A stretch of DNA of 64,000 nucleotides. It comes from Treponemataceae bacterium. GTDB lineage: Bacteria; Spirochaetota; Spirochaetia; Treponematales; Rectinemataceae. Numbering within the stretch: the stretch's first letter is position 1; each line of letters begins with the position of its first letter. A program made the position numbers and the translations under genes. Location of the stretch: assembly GCA_963667725.2 (NCBI GenBank), contig CAXXHO010000003.1, positions 1,664,001-1,728,000 of the forward strand, read 5' to 3'. This document shows, piece by piece, positions 1 through 9,137 of the stretch. The notes under the pieces were generated by a model. It made no database searches. It was not told where the DNA came from and saw only the letters and a program-made list of their open reading frames with translations.

Positions 1-19
1 CGACCGCTTCAGCGAAGCC

Positions 20-1243
20 TCACTCGATCTCCTCGATCGCTAGGGGGAATTTGGAGAGCGGCTCGCAACCTTCTTTCCCTATGAGGATGGGATTTTCATA
101 GCGGAAGCCCACTCCCTCGTCGGGAGCGGCGTACTGCATGGCGCAGATGAGGAGTTCGCCCGCCTTGTAGGCGTGATCGGGGTCGGTCCAATAGGGGAAA
201 GGGCCCTCGTCGGCGCGCCCTATCCGCCATTCGTCGCCGAAAAGGCCGATGCCGTGCTCGCAGCCCGGGAGCAGGAAGTCGGCGCAGCCAAGGGTTTCGG
301 CTCGGTCCATCATCGCCATCTGAAGAGATGAGGGCGTGGCGCCTTCCTTGTAGTTGTCGAGGACGGTGGAGACGAGATCGACGAAGTTGTCCGCGTGCCG
401 TCGCAGGCGCGCGCTGGCCGGTCCTATCAGGTAGTTGTGCGAGTGGTCGCCCAGGGCGAGCATGAACATCGAGTGAAAGTCCAGCATGAGCGGCTCTCCC
501 GAGCGGAATTCCCGCGTCGTGGGAGGCGTGCACGCGCCGAGACCCGTGCGGTATCCTGAGGAAATCTCGTTCAAGCCTGCGAAGTTCCATTCGGAGACGG
601 AGCCTGAACGGCGCATAGCCAAAGCGGCGATTCCCGCGATCTCGGTCTCGGTCATGCCGCGCCAGCCACCGTGCTCCAGCGCCGCGCGGGCCGCCTTCTG
701 CCCTTCGTCGACGATGCGCGAAGCCTCCCGGAAACGGGCGATCGTACCGGAATCCTTGATGAAGGAGAGTTCGTCCACGATTCCATGCGCGTTGATAAGT
801 TCCCAGCCGGGTAAGGCAACCTTCAGGGCTTCCCATTCGTAATGGCTCAGGTTCCCCTCGGGGGTGTAGCTGGAGATGCCATCCTCGACGCCGAGCCTTC
901 CCGCCGCGATGCCGAATTCATCCACCAATACCGATGAAATGACCGACATCTGATCCTGACCGCCCATGGGCGCGTAAGCCCTGACGTTGTCCGAAGGCAG
1001 CCAGGTCTCATCAGCCACCCTGGCCGCGTCGACGATGAAGGTGAAGAGCACGGGGGTCCCTTCCCCCGGGATTACGAGATAGCTGCGCCAGGGGCAGAAT
1101 GCGTCCAGCACGAAGCTCAAGGTCCTCGGTCTCGTGCCCAGGTACGCGTCGATTCCCTTTTCGGCCATCGATTTCTGGATGGCGCGAACTCGGGCGGGGT
1201 TATCGATCCAATACTGACTTGCGCGATCTATTGTTCTTGGCAT
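20..1243 (-). CDS. M24 (Xaa-Pro peptidase/creatinase-like) family protein
   Basis: Creatinase-type N-domain and pita-bread C-domain motifs (MTETEIA, LMLDFH, GDHSH, HGIGL, GFRYENPILI); AGGAG RBS. Confidence 0.8.
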   Translation of the reverse strand: MPRTIDRASQYWIDNPARVRAIQKSMAEKGIDAYLGTRPRTLSFVLDAFCPWRSYLVIPGEGTPVLFTFIVDAARVADETWLPSDNVRAYAPMGGQDQMSVISSVLVDEFGIAAGRLGVEDGISSYTPEGNLSHYEWEALKVALPGWELINAHGIVDELSFIKDSGTIARFREASRIVDEGQKAARAALEHGGWRGMTETEIAGIAALAMRRSGSVSEWNFAGLNEISSGYRTGLGACTPPTTREFRSGEPLMLDFHSMFMLALGDHSHNYLIGPASARLRRHADNFVDLVSTVLDNYKEGATPSSLQMAMMDRAETLGCADFLLPGCEHGIGLFGDEWRIGRADEGPFPYWTDPDHAYKAGELLICAMQYAAPDEGVGFRYENPILIGKEGCEPLSKFPLAIEEIE

Positions 1244-1252
1244 GTTGAGCTC

Positions 1253-1654
1253 CTAATAATCGGTCGGGATGCCCGCGAGCACCTTGTTCACTCGATCGGC
1301 GAGAGGCGCCAGGCGAACAGCCTTGGCCATGTTGCCGCGAAGCTTGAGTTTGCCCGTCATGAGAGCCCTGGTCGAACTTAGTTCGCCCCGGGTTATCGCC
1401 GCGAAGGTCTCGTATGTTCCCCTGATCGAGAACTCTGCCGCCGGGGCCTGCCCCGCGCCAGTCTCGAAACGAGTCACCTTCCCCTCTGCGCATTCGAGAA
1501 AGAGGTACATTTCCCCCCCGCCAGGGCATGCTTCGTAGATGTCCGCCATCGACGTGCTCACGCCGTTCATCTTGCTCGTGTCGAGCTCTGCCGTCAGGCG
1601 CGCGAGACCCGCGTCGCGCCACTCGGGCCCGAGATAGGCCAATTTCTCTTTCAT
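1253..1654 (-). CDS. SCP2 sterol/lipid-binding domain protein
   Basis: C-terminal SCP2 signature ITRGELSSTRALMTGKLKLRGNMAKA; 133 aa. Confidence 0.85.
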   Translation of the reverse strand: MKEKLAYLGPEWRDAGLARLTAELDTSKMNGVSTSMADIYEACPGGGEMYLFLECAEGKVTRFETGAGQAPAAEFSIRGTYETFAAITRGELSSTRALMTGKLKLRGNMAKAVRLAPLADRVNKVLAGIPTDY

Positions 1655-1657
1655 GAT

Positions 1658-2314
1658 TCAGTCCCCCTTATCGCTTTGTATCATTGAGGCCTCGGTCACG
1701 GCCCGCGCGGGATCGCGGACGCGCAGCCCGTTGAGCACGAGATCGAGGCTCTGTTCGAAAAGAAGCGTTTCGCCGGCTTCTTCCTCCACATAGGCTTTTT
1801 CTATGAAGAGTTGATAGAGAGAAAAGAGAACGCGCGCGGCGATGCGGGGATCGGGGACGGCAAAGGCGCCGACCACCATTCCTTCGCGGATGAAACGTTC
1901 GAGGATGTCCACCGAACGGCGGTTGATCGCTTCGAAAGGATCCTCGGCGTCCACGACGGGAAAGAGAGCCGGGTCCCCGGCGAGAATCCTGCGCAGGCGG
2001 GGCTCGCCAGCCAGATGCCGGAACGCGGTCAAGCAGAGAAGCCTAAATCGCTCCAGCGGATCGCCGGAAGCCTCGGCGGCCTGCACCGCCTCCGCCTGCC
2101 ACGACTCGAAAGCGTACTTCACCGCCTTACGGTAGAGGTCCTGCTTGTCGTGGGCGTAGCGATACAAGGTGCCGACCGCCAGCCCAAGGCGCTTCGCGAT
2201 ATCTTCCATGCATGCCTTGCGGAATCCGAATTCCGCGAACACATCGAGCGCGGCCTCATAGATGATCGTCTGTTTTTGGTTCCGCTTTTGTGAATTTATG
2301 AATTTTTCGCTCAC
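1658..2314 (-). CDS. TetR/AcrR family transcriptional regulator
   Basis: HTH IYEAALDVFAEFGFRKACMEDIAKRLGLAVGTLYRY; GTG start, probably leaderless. Confidence 0.9.
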   Translation of the reverse strand: MSEKFINSQKRNQKQTIIYEAALDVFAEFGFRKACMEDIAKRLGLAVGTLYRYAHDKQDLYRKAVKYAFESWQAEAVQAAEASGDPLERFRLLCLTAFRHLAGEPRLRRILAGDPALFPVVDAEDPFEAINRRSVDILERFIREGMVVGAFAVPDPRIAARVLFSLYQLFIEKAYVEEEAGETLLFEQSLDLVLNGLRVRDPARAVTEASMIQSDKGD

Positions 2315-2320
2315 ATATTC

Positions 2321-2349
2321 ATTTTTATCTCATTTACGCGGATTGTCAA
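2321..2349 (-). promoter_or_regulatory. sigma70-type promoter of the tetR-scp2-M24 operon
   Basis: TTGACA-N17-AAAAAT, then 6 nt to the GTG start. Confidence 0.6.
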
Positions 2350-2438
2350 TGAAAATTGACGCCGCGAAAATGAAAAACCGCGATGAAAGGACAAAACCCG
2401 CGTTTATGGTCTCATTCTTGACAGTCCCGGCGATCGGG

Positions 2439-3740
2439 TCAACGCTCGCGAAGGATGAGGTCCTCGTATGTTTCGCGACGCACCGAAAGGCGATGTGAAC
2501 CATCCTTGGTCATGACGACGGCGGGACGGGGAATGCGATTATAGTTCGAGGCCATGGAGTGGTTGTAGGCTCCCGTGGAGAAAACGGCGAGGATGTCGCC
2601 CGGTTCTGGATCGGGCAGGTCGAGGTCGCGTATGAGGATATCCCCCGTTTCGCAGCACTTGCCCACTACCGTCACCGTGGTTCCGCTCGCCCGATCCGCC
2701 TTATTGGCGCAGAGGGCGTGGTATTTCGCCTCGTAGAGAGCCGGGCGGATGTTGTCGGCCATGCCCCCGTCGACGCCGACGTAGGTGCGAATGTCGGGTA
2801 TCGTCTTGACTGAACGGAGAGTATAAAGGGTGATGCCCGCTTCGCCGATGATCCAGCGGCCCGGTTCGATCGTCACTCTGGGCACGGGGATTCCCGCTTC
2901 TTCGGCGGAGGCGCGGACCAGCTCCATCATGGGATCGATGAAGTAGCCGAGGCTCAGCTCGGGATCGCCGGGGAGATAGCGGATGCCGAAGCCTCCGCCG
3001 AGGTTGAGCTCTGAAGTCGCATAACCATAGCCGTTCTTTACGTCGGCCATGAGTTTCAGCGCTATCCGCAGGGCCGCGAGATGAGAAAAGTTGTCGTGGA
3101 GCTGGGATCCTATATGGAAATGAAAACCCCTGAAGTCTATATGCGGCGCGTCCAGCACGGCGCGCATATAGAGGTCGCGCAACGATGGGTCGAGGGGAAT
3201 CCCGAACTTGGAATCCAGGCTTCCGGTGGAAATGAAGCGATGCGTATGGCTGTCGACGCCCGGCGTGATCCTGTAGAGAACCTTAACCTTTTTGCCGTAG
3301 AGCGCCCCCAGCCTTTCGATTTCCTGGATTTCGAAGAGGTTGTCTGATACTATGCGCCCGACATTGGAGCGTATGGCATAATCGAGTTCGTCGGCCGCCT
3401 TGGCGTTGCCGTGGAAAAAGATGGTTTCCGGGTCCACGCCTGCCTTGAGCGCCGCGTAGAGCTCGCCGCCTGAGACGACGTCCAGCCCCAAGCCTTCATC
3501 GGCGACGATTCTGCACATGTCGAGAGTCTGGAAGGCCTTGCTCGCGTAGACCGCCGAAGTATTGGGATACTTTTCCAGAAACGCCGATCTGATGAGGCCG
3601 CAGCGTTCCCTCACCATGGATTCGGAAACCACGTAGAGGGGAGTACCGTAATGAGCGGCCAGTTCCGTGGCGTCGACGCCATCGAAATAAAGCTTGCTTC
3701 CGCAGATTTCCGCGCGGGAATTGAATCCTGATATGCTCAT
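2439..3740 (-). CDS. lysA: Diaminopimelate decarboxylase
   Basis: YGTPLYV, YASKAF (PLP Lys), DVVSGGEL, SKFG, HFHIGSQ, LGGG, EPGR, CETGD, GAY..SMASNYN motifs; ATG at 3740 lies 6 nt after a -10 box. Confidence 0.95.
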   Translation of the reverse strand: MSISGFNSRAEICGSKLYFDGVDATELAAHYGTPLYVVSESMVRERCGLIRSAFLEKYPNTSAVYASKAFQTLDMCRIVADEGLGLDVVSGGELYAALKAGVDPETIFFHGNAKAADELDYAIRSNVGRIVSDNLFEIQEIERLGALYGKKVKVLYRITPGVDSHTHRFISTGSLDSKFGIPLDPSLRDLYMRAVLDAPHIDFRGFHFHIGSQLHDNFSHLAALRIALKLMADVKNGYGYATSELNLGGGFGIRYLPGDPELSLGYFIDPMMELVRASAEEAGIPVPRVTIEPGRWIIGEAGITLYTLRSVKTIPDIRTYVGVDGGMADNIRPALYEAKYHALCANKADRASGTTVTVVGKCCETGDILIRDLDLPDPEPGDILAVFSTGAYNHSMASNYNRIPRPAVVMTKDGSHRLSVRRETYEDLILRER

Positions 3741-3746
3741 GGACGC

Positions 3747-3775
3747 ATTGTACACGATCCCCGGGCGAAGATTAA
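3747..3775 (-). promoter_or_regulatory. sigma70-type promoter of lysA (leaderless)
   Basis: TTAATC-N17-TACAAT-N6-ATG; no SD sequence. Confidence 0.55.
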
Positions 3776-3897
3776 GTACGGAATCCTCCCGCGAGGATTA
3801 TGTTCGCCGAAATATTTTCAATATGGAAAATCCGGCGGCGAGCGGGTATACTTCGCCCAACATCGCCGACGGCGACGCTTTTATCCGGGGGATGACC

Positions 3898-4614
3898 ATG
3901 AAACCACGCATCGGACTCACCACCTTCATCGATCCGCAGGCGCGGGCGAATTACGTATCGCTCAGAGAACACTATACCCGTTCGGTCAGGGACTCGGGCG
4001 GCATCCCCTTTCCCATTCCTCTCGTCGAGGACGCGGGGATGGCCGAGGATTATGTCTCGAACATCGATGGCCTCCTCCTGACGGGAGGCAAGGATATCGA
4101 TCCCGCGTATTATGGCCAGGAGCCCCTTGTCGGGATCGGCCCCTTCGGCGCGGGACGCGACGCATGGGAGTTGGCGCTGTTCGCCGCGGCGGCCAGGAAA
4201 GCCTTGCCTATCTTCGGGATCTGCAGAGGATGTCAGCTCATCAACGTGGCGATGGGAGGAACGCTTTTTCAGGATCTGAAAACGCAGCGGCCGGGCACGA
4301 ACGCACACAGTCCTGAGGATTTCCCCGTGGACAGGCTCTACCATTCCGTCGAACTCAAGGAAGGATCGACGCTGTATCGCGCCTTCGGAAAAAATTCCCT
4401 GCGGGTGAACAGCTTTCATCATCAGGCCGTCAGGGATCTGGCCCCGGGACTGAAGGCCTCTGCTTTTGCCGCCGACGGCGTCCTGGAAGGTTTCGAGGCG
4501 ACGGACGCTTCGCGCTTTCTCGTCGCCGTGCAGTTCCATCCGGAAAGCCTCACGCTGAGATTTCCGGAATTTCTCGCGATTTTCAGGACGTTTGTGGAGG
4601 CTTGCGGAGGATGA
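3898..4614 (+). CDS. Peptidase C26 / gamma-glutamyl-gamma-aminobutyrate hydrolase (PuuD-like) class I glutamine amidotransferase-fold protein
   Basis: KPRIG, LLLTGGKDIDP, PIFGICRGCQ (Cys), VNSFHHQA, VQFHPE (His-Glu). Confidence 0.9.
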   Translation: MKPRIGLTTFIDPQARANYVSLREHYTRSVRDSGGIPFPIPLVEDAGMAEDYVSNIDGLLLTGGKDIDPAYYGQEPLVGIGPFGAGRDAWELALFAAAARKALPIFGICRGCQLINVAMGGTLFQDLKTQRPGTNAHSPEDFPVDRLYHSVELKEGSTLYRAFGKNSLRVNSFHHQAVRDLAPGLKASAFAADGVLEGFEATDASRFLVAVQFHPESLTLRFPEFLAIFRTFVEACGG

Positions 4615-4671
4615 AGAGTATGATCCGGCTCTGGAAGCCTCCATCTAGACCGTATTCCATCTAGACAATTT

Positions 4672-5778
4672 TCAATCGGCGAAGGGCGACTCCAGCAGTT
4701 CAAGGCTGGGGGCTTCGGCGTTCATCCTGTAGCTGAGGCCGAGCGGCAGAGTCAGCGTCGGGGCGCAGTGCCCCGCCTCGATGCCAGCGAGAACGGGTTT
4801 TCCGCAAGGCAGGATAAGGTCGCGAAGGATTTCCTCGATCGTCAGCGAGCGTTTGCCCGCGGCTGGGGCGCAGCGGGTCCAGGCGCCGATAGCGACGCCA
4901 GCGCAGTCTTCGAATTTTCCAGCCAGGCGCAGCTGGTTCAGCATCCTGTCGATGCGGTAGGGTGCCTCGTCTATATCCTCGATGAAAATGATTTTTCCCC
5001 GCGCGTCGAGCTCCCAGGGCGTGCCGATGGTGGCCGCGATGAGGGAAAGATTGCCTCCCGTGAGTTCTCCCTCGGCGATTCCGCCCGAAAGGGCATGGAA
5101 GGGACGGCCCGAGGGATTCTCGAGGCGGAGGATTGGGGCCGCGGCGGCTTTGGAGGCCGTGTCGGAGGTGGCGGCTATGGAGGCCGGGCTGGGGGTGGCG
5201 GCGCTGGAGGCCGGGTCAGGGGTGACGGCGTTGGAGGCCGGGTCAGGGGGGTCTGGAAGCCCGAAAAGCGCGGTTTCTAAGGAAGCCCTCGAAGCCGGAT
5301 CGAACTCGGGCACCATGTCGGAGGAAGGCATGGGGCCATGGAAGGTGACAAGTCCGACCGATTGGCGAAACGCGATATGGAGGGCGGTTATGTCGCTGTA
5401 GCCCAGGAAAACCTTGGGATGGGCGGCGATAATCGAGTAGTCGATGAGATCGAGGATGCGCGGCGTTCCGTAGCCGCCTTTGAGGCAGATCACGGCGCTG
5501 GTATCCGGATCGAGAAAGGCGAGTTCCAGCTCACGGGCCCGGGTCGCGTCTACTCCGGCGAGGTAGCCGTAGGCGTCGGCGCAATGGGGCGAAGCCTTCA
5601 CGCGGAAGCCGAGGTCAGTAAGGGCGCGTATGGAGGCTTCGACCCGGTCGGGGCCGCTGGCGGCGCCCGAGGGGGCTACGAGGGAGACTGCGTCACCTCG
5701 GAGCAGCCGGCGCGGCTTGAGGCGCCGCGGGGCGGGCGGGGGCCGGAAGGAAGCCGCGCCGGCGGCAACGGCCTTCAC
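4672..5778 (-). CDS. ldcA: LD-carboxypeptidase (peptidase S66)
   Basis: VAPS, GGYG, GYSDIT (Ser), GGNLS, IEDIDE (Glu), AGH (His); contains a repeat insertion; GTGA overlap with the upstream gene. Confidence 0.9.
   Translation of the reverse strand: MKAVAAGAASFRPPPAPRRLKPRRLLRGDAVSLVAPSGAASGPDRVEASIRALTDLGFRVKASPHCADAYGYLAGVDATRARELELAFLDPDTSAVICLKGGYGTPRILDLIDYSIIAAHPKVFLGYSDITALHIAFRQSVGLVTFHGPMPSSDMVPEFDPASRASLETALFGLPDPPDPASNAVTPDPASSAATPSPASIAATSDTASKAAAAPILRLENPSGRPFHALSGGIAEGELTGGNLSLIAATIGTPWELDARGKIIFIEDIDEAPYRIDRMLNQLRLAGKFEDCAGVAIGAWTRCAPAAGKRSLTIEEILRDLILPCGKPVLAGIEAGHCAPTLTLPLGLSYRMNAEAPSLELLESPFAD
5141..5251. repeat. In-frame 27-bp tandem repeat (about 4 degenerate copies) inside ldcA
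   Basis: TGGAGGCC cores at 5151, 5178, 5205 and 5232 (period 27); encodes PDPASxAAT-like 9-mers. Confidence 0.85.
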
Positions 5779-6962
5779 GAACGCTTACCCAGCAGCCTGG
5801 CGACCAGGCCCGCCTGCATGGCGACGCCGATGGGCAGACAGCCTTCGTCAATATCGAAGGCATTGGAGTGCAGCGCCGCCGTAATCCCCTTCCGGGGATT
5901 GCCGCAGCCTAGATGGTAGAAAGAGCCGGGCCTTTCCTGGACGAAGAAGGAAAAATCCTCGACGCCCATGCTCGCCTTATCCCGCCAGATTATGGAATCA
6001 GAGCCCAGCAGGTCCTTCGCCTCCTCGGCGATGAGATCCACCACCCAATCGTGGTTGATGAGCGCCGCGTAACCCGCGACGATTTCGACTTCCCCTGATC
6101 CTCCGAAGGCGACGGGCAGGTTGGCGACGATGGCCCTCACCCTCTCCGCGATTTCGGCCCTTACCTGAGGATTCGTCGTCCTGATGGTGCCTGTCATCCT
6201 CACCTCATCGGCGATGATATTGTTGCGGGTGCCTCCCTGGATGGTTCCAAGCGTCAGCACGGCTTCCTGGAGGGGAGAAACGTAGCGGGAAACCACCGAA
6301 TGGAGCGCGTCCACGACCTTGGCCGCTATCATGATGGCGTCGATGCCCGTGCTGGGATAGGCGGCATGAGCTCCCTTGCCCCGTATGGTGACGCCGAGAA
6401 AATCGGAGGAGCCGTTGAGGGCTCCATGCTTCAGCTCGACCTTTCCCACCGGCACATCCGGCATGACATGGAGCCCTATGACGACATCGACGTGGGGATT
6501 CTCGAGACAGCCGTCGGCGATCATCTTCGCCGCCCCGCCCGTCGTCTCTTCGGCGGGCTGGAAAAGAAATTTGACCGATCCAGCCAGCTCGTTTTTATGC
6601 TCCATCCAGTATTTCGCCGTGCCCAAAGCGATCGTCATATGAGCGTCGTGGCCGCAGGCGTGCATGTAACCCTTGTGGCGGGACGCATAAGCGCGATCGG
6701 CGGGTTCATTCACCGGCAAGGCATCCATGTCCGCCCTCAGGCCGATCACTTTGCCGGATTTTTTGCCCTCGACGAGGGCCACGACGGAGGTCCGTCTTTT
6801 TTCATAGGGGATGCCAAGCTCTTCCAGAATGCCGCAGACCGCTCCCTGCGTCTCGAACTCGGCGTCGCCGGCTTCCGGTATCCGGTGGAGCGCTCTGCGC
6901 GTCTGAACGAGCCAGTCCTTCATCGTTTTCGTCGCTTCCAGCAATTCCTTATCTGTCGACAT
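5775..6962 (-). CDS. M20D amidohydrolase (hippuricase / N-acetyl-DAP deacetylase-like)
   Basis: RRALHRIPE, LRADMDALP, MHACGHDAH, FQPAEE, GVEDFS, LHS motifs; AAGGAG RBS before the ATG at 6962. Confidence 0.9.
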   Translation of the reverse strand: MSTDKELLEATKTMKDWLVQTRRALHRIPEAGDAEFETQGAVCGILEELGIPYEKRRTSVVALVEGKKSGKVIGLRADMDALPVNEPADRAYASRHKGYMHACGHDAHMTIALGTAKYWMEHKNELAGSVKFLFQPAEETTGGAAKMIADGCLENPHVDVVIGLHVMPDVPVGKVELKHGALNGSSDFLGVTIRGKGAHAAYPSTGIDAIMIAAKVVDALHSVVSRYVSPLQEAVLTLGTIQGGTRNNIIADEVRMTGTIRTTNPQVRAEIAERVRAIVANLPVAFGGSGEVEIVAGYAALINHDWVVDLIAEEAKDLLGSDSIIWRDKASMGVEDFSFFVQERPGSFYHLGCGNPRKGITAALHSNAFDIDEGCLPIGVAMQAGLVARLLGKRS

Positions 6963-7002
6963 TCCTGACTCCTTGATTTTTACGGTCGCGCGGATCGGCG
7001 GA

Positions 7003-8199
7003 CTAGAGCCGCCGCAGCGTCGATCCCGAGAGACGATTATCCAGAGCGACAACCTTCCCTCTTCGCGTATATAAGCGAGGGACCCTTCTTCCGATGCCGC
7101 ACAGCAGTTCGTTCCTGTTGGTGGATCCCCAGTCGGAAGCTTCATTTAGGCTAATGGCGCCGCCGCCCAGAAGGATCACTTCGTCGCCTTCGGCAACGCC
7201 ATCGATGGCTCCCACGTCCACCATGGTCTGATCCATGCAGACGAGGCCAACTACTGTCGCTCTCTTCCCCCTGATGAAGACCTGAGCCTTGTTGCCGAAG
7301 CGCCGGGGATAGCCGTCGGCGTACCCGACGGGAAGCGTGGCCACGAGGGTGCCTCCCTTCGGAGCCTGCCATGAATCGTCGTAGGAAACCATTTCGCCCT
7401 CATCCAACCGCCTGATTCTCGCGATCCGCGTGATAAAAGTTCCCGCCGGGGGAAATGGGTACGCATTGTATTCAGGCCCCATTCTCGAAGGCCTGACGCC
7501 AAAGAACGCCGCCCCTACCCTGACCATGTCGAGCCTGAATTCGGGGTATCGGACGGCGCCTATGCTGTCGCAGACATGGCGCAGCCCGGTCGGAATGCCC
7601 TTCGCGGCACAGCCGTCAAGTATTTTATTATAGGCCGCGAACTGCGCCACGTCCGATTCACGATCGCGAAGCGCGAGATGGGTGAAGGTTCCCCGCAGTT
7701 CCAGTCCCGGCATTTCCGCGATAGCCCCGATTATGCCGACGGTATCCTCGTAAGGCTTCATGCCAAGCCGGTTCATCCCGGTATCCAGCTTGATATGGAC
7801 GGGAAGAACCGCGCCTGCCATGACCGCCGCGTCGGAAAAAGCCTGGGCGTTCTTCGCGTCGAACAAGGTGGGCATTACGCGATGCTCGACGGCAAGGCCG
7901 GCGAATTCCTCGGGGGTATGCCCCATGACAAGGAGTTCGGCATCGGGGAAGGCTCTCCGCAGCTCAAGAGCTTCGGAAATCGTGGCGACGGCGAGCAGGT
8001 CGGCCCCGGCCGCCAGCAGCGTCCCGCCAATCATCACGGCGCCGTGCCCGTAGGCGTCGGCCTTGATGACGGCGGCGATCTTTACCATATCCCCCACGAT
8101 AGTCTTCATGTCCCGGAAATTGGATTCCACGACATCGAGATCGATGGAATAATAGGTCTGTCGGCCCAGACTTCTCAGGATATCGCCGCCGGGCTTCAT
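7003..8199 (-). CDS. alr: Alanine racemase family protein (second paralog)
   Basis: AVIKADAYGHG, HIKLDTGMNRLG, VSY, GYADG, VCMDQ. Confidence 0.88.
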   Translation of the reverse strand: MKPGGDILRSLGRQTYYSIDLDVVESNFRDMKTIVGDMVKIAAVIKADAYGHGAVMIGGTLLAAGADLLAVATISEALELRRAFPDAELLVMGHTPEEFAGLAVEHRVMPTLFDAKNAQAFSDAAVMAGAVLPVHIKLDTGMNRLGMKPYEDTVGIIGAIAEMPGLELRGTFTHLALRDRESDVAQFAAYNKILDGCAAKGIPTGLRHVCDSIGAVRYPEFRLDMVRVGAAFFGVRPSRMGPEYNAYPFPPAGTFITRIARIRRLDEGEMVSYDDSWQAPKGGTLVATLPVGYADGYPRRFGNKAQVFIRGKRATVVGLVCMDQTMVDVGAIDGVAEGDEVILLGGGAISLNEASDWGSTNRNELLCGIGRRVPRLYTRRGKVVALDNRLSGSTLRRL

Positions 8200-9137
8200 T
8201 ATTTCTCGCCCGCCAGACGGGGATTCCCGGCCCCTAAGGCGCCAGAATTCTTCAGGCTCAGTATCATCGCCTCAGAGAACCGCCCTTCGTATATGCCGAG
8301 CGCGGGACCCGTCATCAGCACCGATGGGCGGGAAAGATCAAGGGAAAGAATCCCTCCGGGCATATGGACCTGGACAAGCCCCTCGACCAATCCCAGCTTT
8401 TTGGCGACGCTCGCCGCGGCGCAGGAGGAAGAGCCGCTCGCCAGCGTGTAGCCCGCCCCCCTCTCCCATATTTCTATCCGCAGGTTGTGCCTGTCCAGCA
8501 CCGTGGCGAACTGCACATTGGTCCGCTCGGGAAAGAGCCGATGATGCTCGACAAGGGGACCCAGGCGTTTCGCCAGCCCAGGCGTCGGATCGTCGACAAA
8601 GACGACACAGTGGGGATTGCCCATGGAGACGAAGGTCGCCGAAACGCTTTCGGTTCCCAGTTCCAGCTTCCCTCGGACGAATTCCGGAAGATCGGTCGCG
8701 AGTCCGGCGGCGAAAGCCGAAAAAGAGGGCTCGCCCATATCCACCTTTATACGGGGCGGGTCGAGGCATTCGACCTTCGCCCGGACCCTGCCGCCTTTTG
8801 TGTCCACGGGGAATTCCTCCCCGTTCACGTAGCCTTGTTCCGCGAGAAAAAGGCAGAAAATCCTCAGCCCATTGCCGCTCTTTTCGGCTTCGGAACCATC
8901 CGGATTGAAAATCCTGACCCATGGCGTCGAGGCGCGGCCGAGAAGGCCGGCGGGCATACCCGCAAGATCTTTTTCGGAGGCGAGAGGTCCCAGCAGGATG
9001 CCATCGGAACCGGCGCCCATGTTCCTGTCGCAGATCGCCCGCACTGCGTCGGCAGCGGGCACGAAGGGGAATTCCCTTGGGTCGATGACGATATAATCGT
9101 TGCCCAAGGCATGGTATTTCCTGAACTCAGCCGGCAT
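8199..9137 (-). CDS. dapF: Diaminopimelate epimerase family protein with Ser/Ser active site
   Basis: KYHALGNDY, CDRNMGAGSDG, FNPDGSEAEKSGNG, SMGNPHCV, FPERTNVQF, WERGAGYTLASGSS, MTGPA. Confidence 0.88.
   Translation of the reverse strand: MPAEFRKYHALGNDYIVIDPREFPFVPAADAVRAICDRNMGAGSDGILLGPLASEKDLAGMPAGLLGRASTPWVRIFNPDGSEAEKSGNGLRIFCLFLAEQGYVNGEEFPVDTKGGRVRAKVECLDPPRIKVDMGEPSFSAFAAGLATDLPEFVRGKLELGTESVSATFVSMGNPHCVVFVDDPTPGLAKRLGPLVEHHRLFPERTNVQFATVLDRHNLRIEIWERGAGYTLASGSSSCAAASVAKKLGLVEGLVQVHMPGGILSLDLSRPSVLMTGPALGIYEGRFSEAMILSLKNSGALGAGNPRLAGEK

Noticed and set aside
3741..3897. Lysine riboswitch upstream of lysA
   Set aside because: The region is too short and is occupied by divergent promoters; lysA appears leaderless.
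5141..5251. CRISPR-like array
   Set aside because: The units are contiguous with no unique spacers, lie in frame within ldcA, and no cas genes are present.
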